From Ylistrum balloti (taxonomy: Eukaryota): a stretch of DNA of 64,000 bases. The notes below the pieces were generated by a model, which was not told the origin of the DNA, made no database searches, and was given only the letters and a program-made list of their open reading frames with translations. Positions 61,462 to 64,000 of the stretch are shown piece by piece (position 1 is the first letter of the stretch; each line of letters opens with the position of its first letter). Made by a program: the position numbers and the translations under genes. The stretch covers positions 868,001-932,000 of the forward strand of contig NW_026782001.1 of the NCBI RefSeq assembly GCF_031769215.1, given 5' to 3'.

Positions 61462-64000
61462 AACCTGAACTTGGAAGCAATGTGACACCCCATCAATTCA
61501 CATGATTGTACTGACACAGAGCTCATATGTCTTTATACAAGGAGCAAAAATATCATTTCATGACTTTGGTGTGTCATTGTTAGAGACAGAACCCGTAACT
61601 TTCCTTACTTTGACAGATGCCCAACTCAAGGTTGAAAATAAGGAGGTGTTGAGGAAAAGTTCACTTTGATGAACACTAAAACTGATCTGTTACCCATACT
61701 GCAACACGTTGGAATTTTTTTCCCCTTTTCTGCTTTACTTCGTACTGATAGATGCCTGCATGTTGTTGTTGCTTTACTAAGTTTGGAGAAGACATTAAAT
61801 CCACAACAAACCAGCAGAAAATATTGTTGTCGCATAAACCCCATAAAAATGCGGGCTGAAAAGGAATTCTATCCACCTCCATTTACTGATATTTCTTCAT
61901 TTACTAAATGATCATATACGATCTAACAGTGTGAATGATGTGTGGAAATATTAACATTTCATTATCCAGTTTTTATTCAAAGCTCAAGGATCATGTTAAT
62001 ATTGACTTGGATGATTACAGCAAACTGTAAATGTAGAAATAGATTTACCCAAAAAACTTGTTCAACAGGTTTAGGTATTTGAATACTTATTATTTGAATG
62101 ACATTGAAATGTTTTTGATAAGAAAATTGTCATGATTCTTTATGTAGCCATACTTGTGCAAATATTTGATTTAGCAAATAATTTGCACATACATGCATGT
62201 CATGAATGTGTGTTTACTTAGACTCACAGACACTGGAGTAGGGATATGTAATTAATGTTCGGACAACATTTTTACATTTAATATCTACAGGAACCGTTAC
62301 AATGTATTCTCATTTCAAATTTACGGCAACTACCAGATTACGAAACTAACGGGTACAACTTGGCTTGTACACTGCAGATTTTGTCAATCTGTCAAAGACA
62401 ATCTCAAGTCGGGTTGCATATAGTAATTGAACTGCTTTTGGTTAGCATTCATGGGCATATGATGCCAAACAGGATGAGGCCAAATTCAGTGCGGAGTTGT
62501 CTTTTCATGGTAATTTGCCTGTAGCCAGTTGGCATTCATATCAGGTAATTAAACAACTGACTATGTTAAGGTTGTACACTATGGTAACTATATAGATGAG
62601 AGAAAGGAATCCCTCTGGGGTGAGATTTAGGAATTTTCTCTTCTGTTTTCACTCAAAATCGCATTGAAATTCTTCGAAGATGTTAATTACGAAGAATCAT
62701 CTGAGGAAAAGGTCGAGAATTCTTTTACCTTTCAAGAATTTAACTATTTTCTAATTTCTTCTTACCTATACATATTATTGTTACTTCAATCATTGTTGTG
62801 GTTGTCAGAGTATTAAAAGTGACCTGTTTGTTTTCAGTTTTCATGTATTTTGGTTCCAACATATCCAAGCTAACAAAGCACAGACAACAACCTCATTGCA
62901 ACACTAAATTTTACCATAGACAAGCAGTGAAGAACAATTTTCAGATTACATATGAGGTTAAAACATTCTTGTGTCAATACATGTGGTATCAATCTATTAA
63001 GCAGTTTCAAACTGATTCAACTTGTTTAGTTTGGAGCTCTTCTGTAAAGGAAATACATGTTATAGGAAGGTAGCATATATCCTTAATTCAATGTCAGTTA
63101 TCAAGGATATACAATTTAGTGTCTGTGCCTACAAGTCCCTGTTGACATAGGCAGTATTTTACATTGAAGTCTGTGATTAGAACAAGCTGTGGCGTTTCAC
63201 ACTTGGTTAACAAGTTATTGGGTGTAATTGTGAAATCTGATCTCCCCAATCACCAGGTTCGGATACACAGAATGCATGCATGTGTGAGAGGGAGTCAGTA
63301 TGGGTTAGGTACCGTACTCCTTGGCATGTAAGGCTGATATTGTTTCTACAAACATGAAAAATATGAGATATTCCAGACATAAGGTTTGGAAGGGCTGCCT
63401 TGAAGAGCTAGTCTCATGTATCTGTGGACTTTCGGTCAACCATGGACTTTATCAAGTTTGCATAGTTTTGTGTCCAGAATATGTCACTCTTGACTTAATT
63501 ACAGTCAAAATCAGCTAGAGTTGGCAGTTTCATAAAAAGGCAAAAAATTCTTTATCAGCTACTTTTGATGCTGGGACAAGATGGTGGCAACCTTTCCTAA
63601 ATGTACAGCACAAATGTACATTTTTGCATTCAGAGTAACACAGGTTTTAAATTGTCCCAGTTTATTCTATGTTTCAAAGCCAGAAATTGAATCTGGTTGT
63701 ATGTTAGTTAAGGTTGCTGTTTCACAAAATGCATTTAAAACATGTTTCAACACCTCAGTCTAAAAGCTGCCTTTTCTGGAAATCAATTTAAAACTAGAAC
63801 ATTTCCAATTTCTGTCTATTACATTAGAATCCTGTACAAGGTGTTTTACACAAAGCCTGAGTAAATATCTTGATACAGAGTAAGCATTACTTCTATGATT
63901 CAAATCTGCATATTTTCTGAACTGAACACACGTCATGTTGTGGGAACCAGTAGCTGTATATTCAGGAAATATCAAATGGCATACATCATATTCTGTTGTG

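Overview
This is AT-rich eukaryotic genomic DNA, most likely a bivalve mollusc (oyster-like, judged from its interspersed repeat types). No prokaryotic operons, CRISPR arrays, rRNA or intact tRNA genes are supported. Two protein-coding genes are supported, arranged tail to tail. The first is an intronless rhodopsin-family GPCR (30-1169, +). The second is a five-coding-exon four-jointed (Fj/FJX1-like) Golgi secretory-pathway kinase on the minus strand, which I assembled by hand from GT-AG splice sites with consistent phases: 31525-30733, 19494-19318, 18915-18735, 18160-17996, 17589-17148 (1758 nt, 585 aa). The rest is intergenic, intronic or UTR sequence. It holds about 12 minisatellite arrays (one with nested higher-order periodicity), two tRNA-derived SINEs, a decayed Penelope-like retroelement and a non-autonomous Helitron/Helentron-type element. 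The most interesting signals are in the inferred ~2.9 kb fj 3' UTR. One is five strand-specific GAAAUCCA 8mers that match the seed of the mollusc miRNA miR-1986 as I recall it. The other is a gap-free 77-bp hairpin. Together they suggest an undescribed post-transcriptional control module on a divergent, intron-containing Fj kinase with an acidic stem. All counts are hand counts; no database searches were run.
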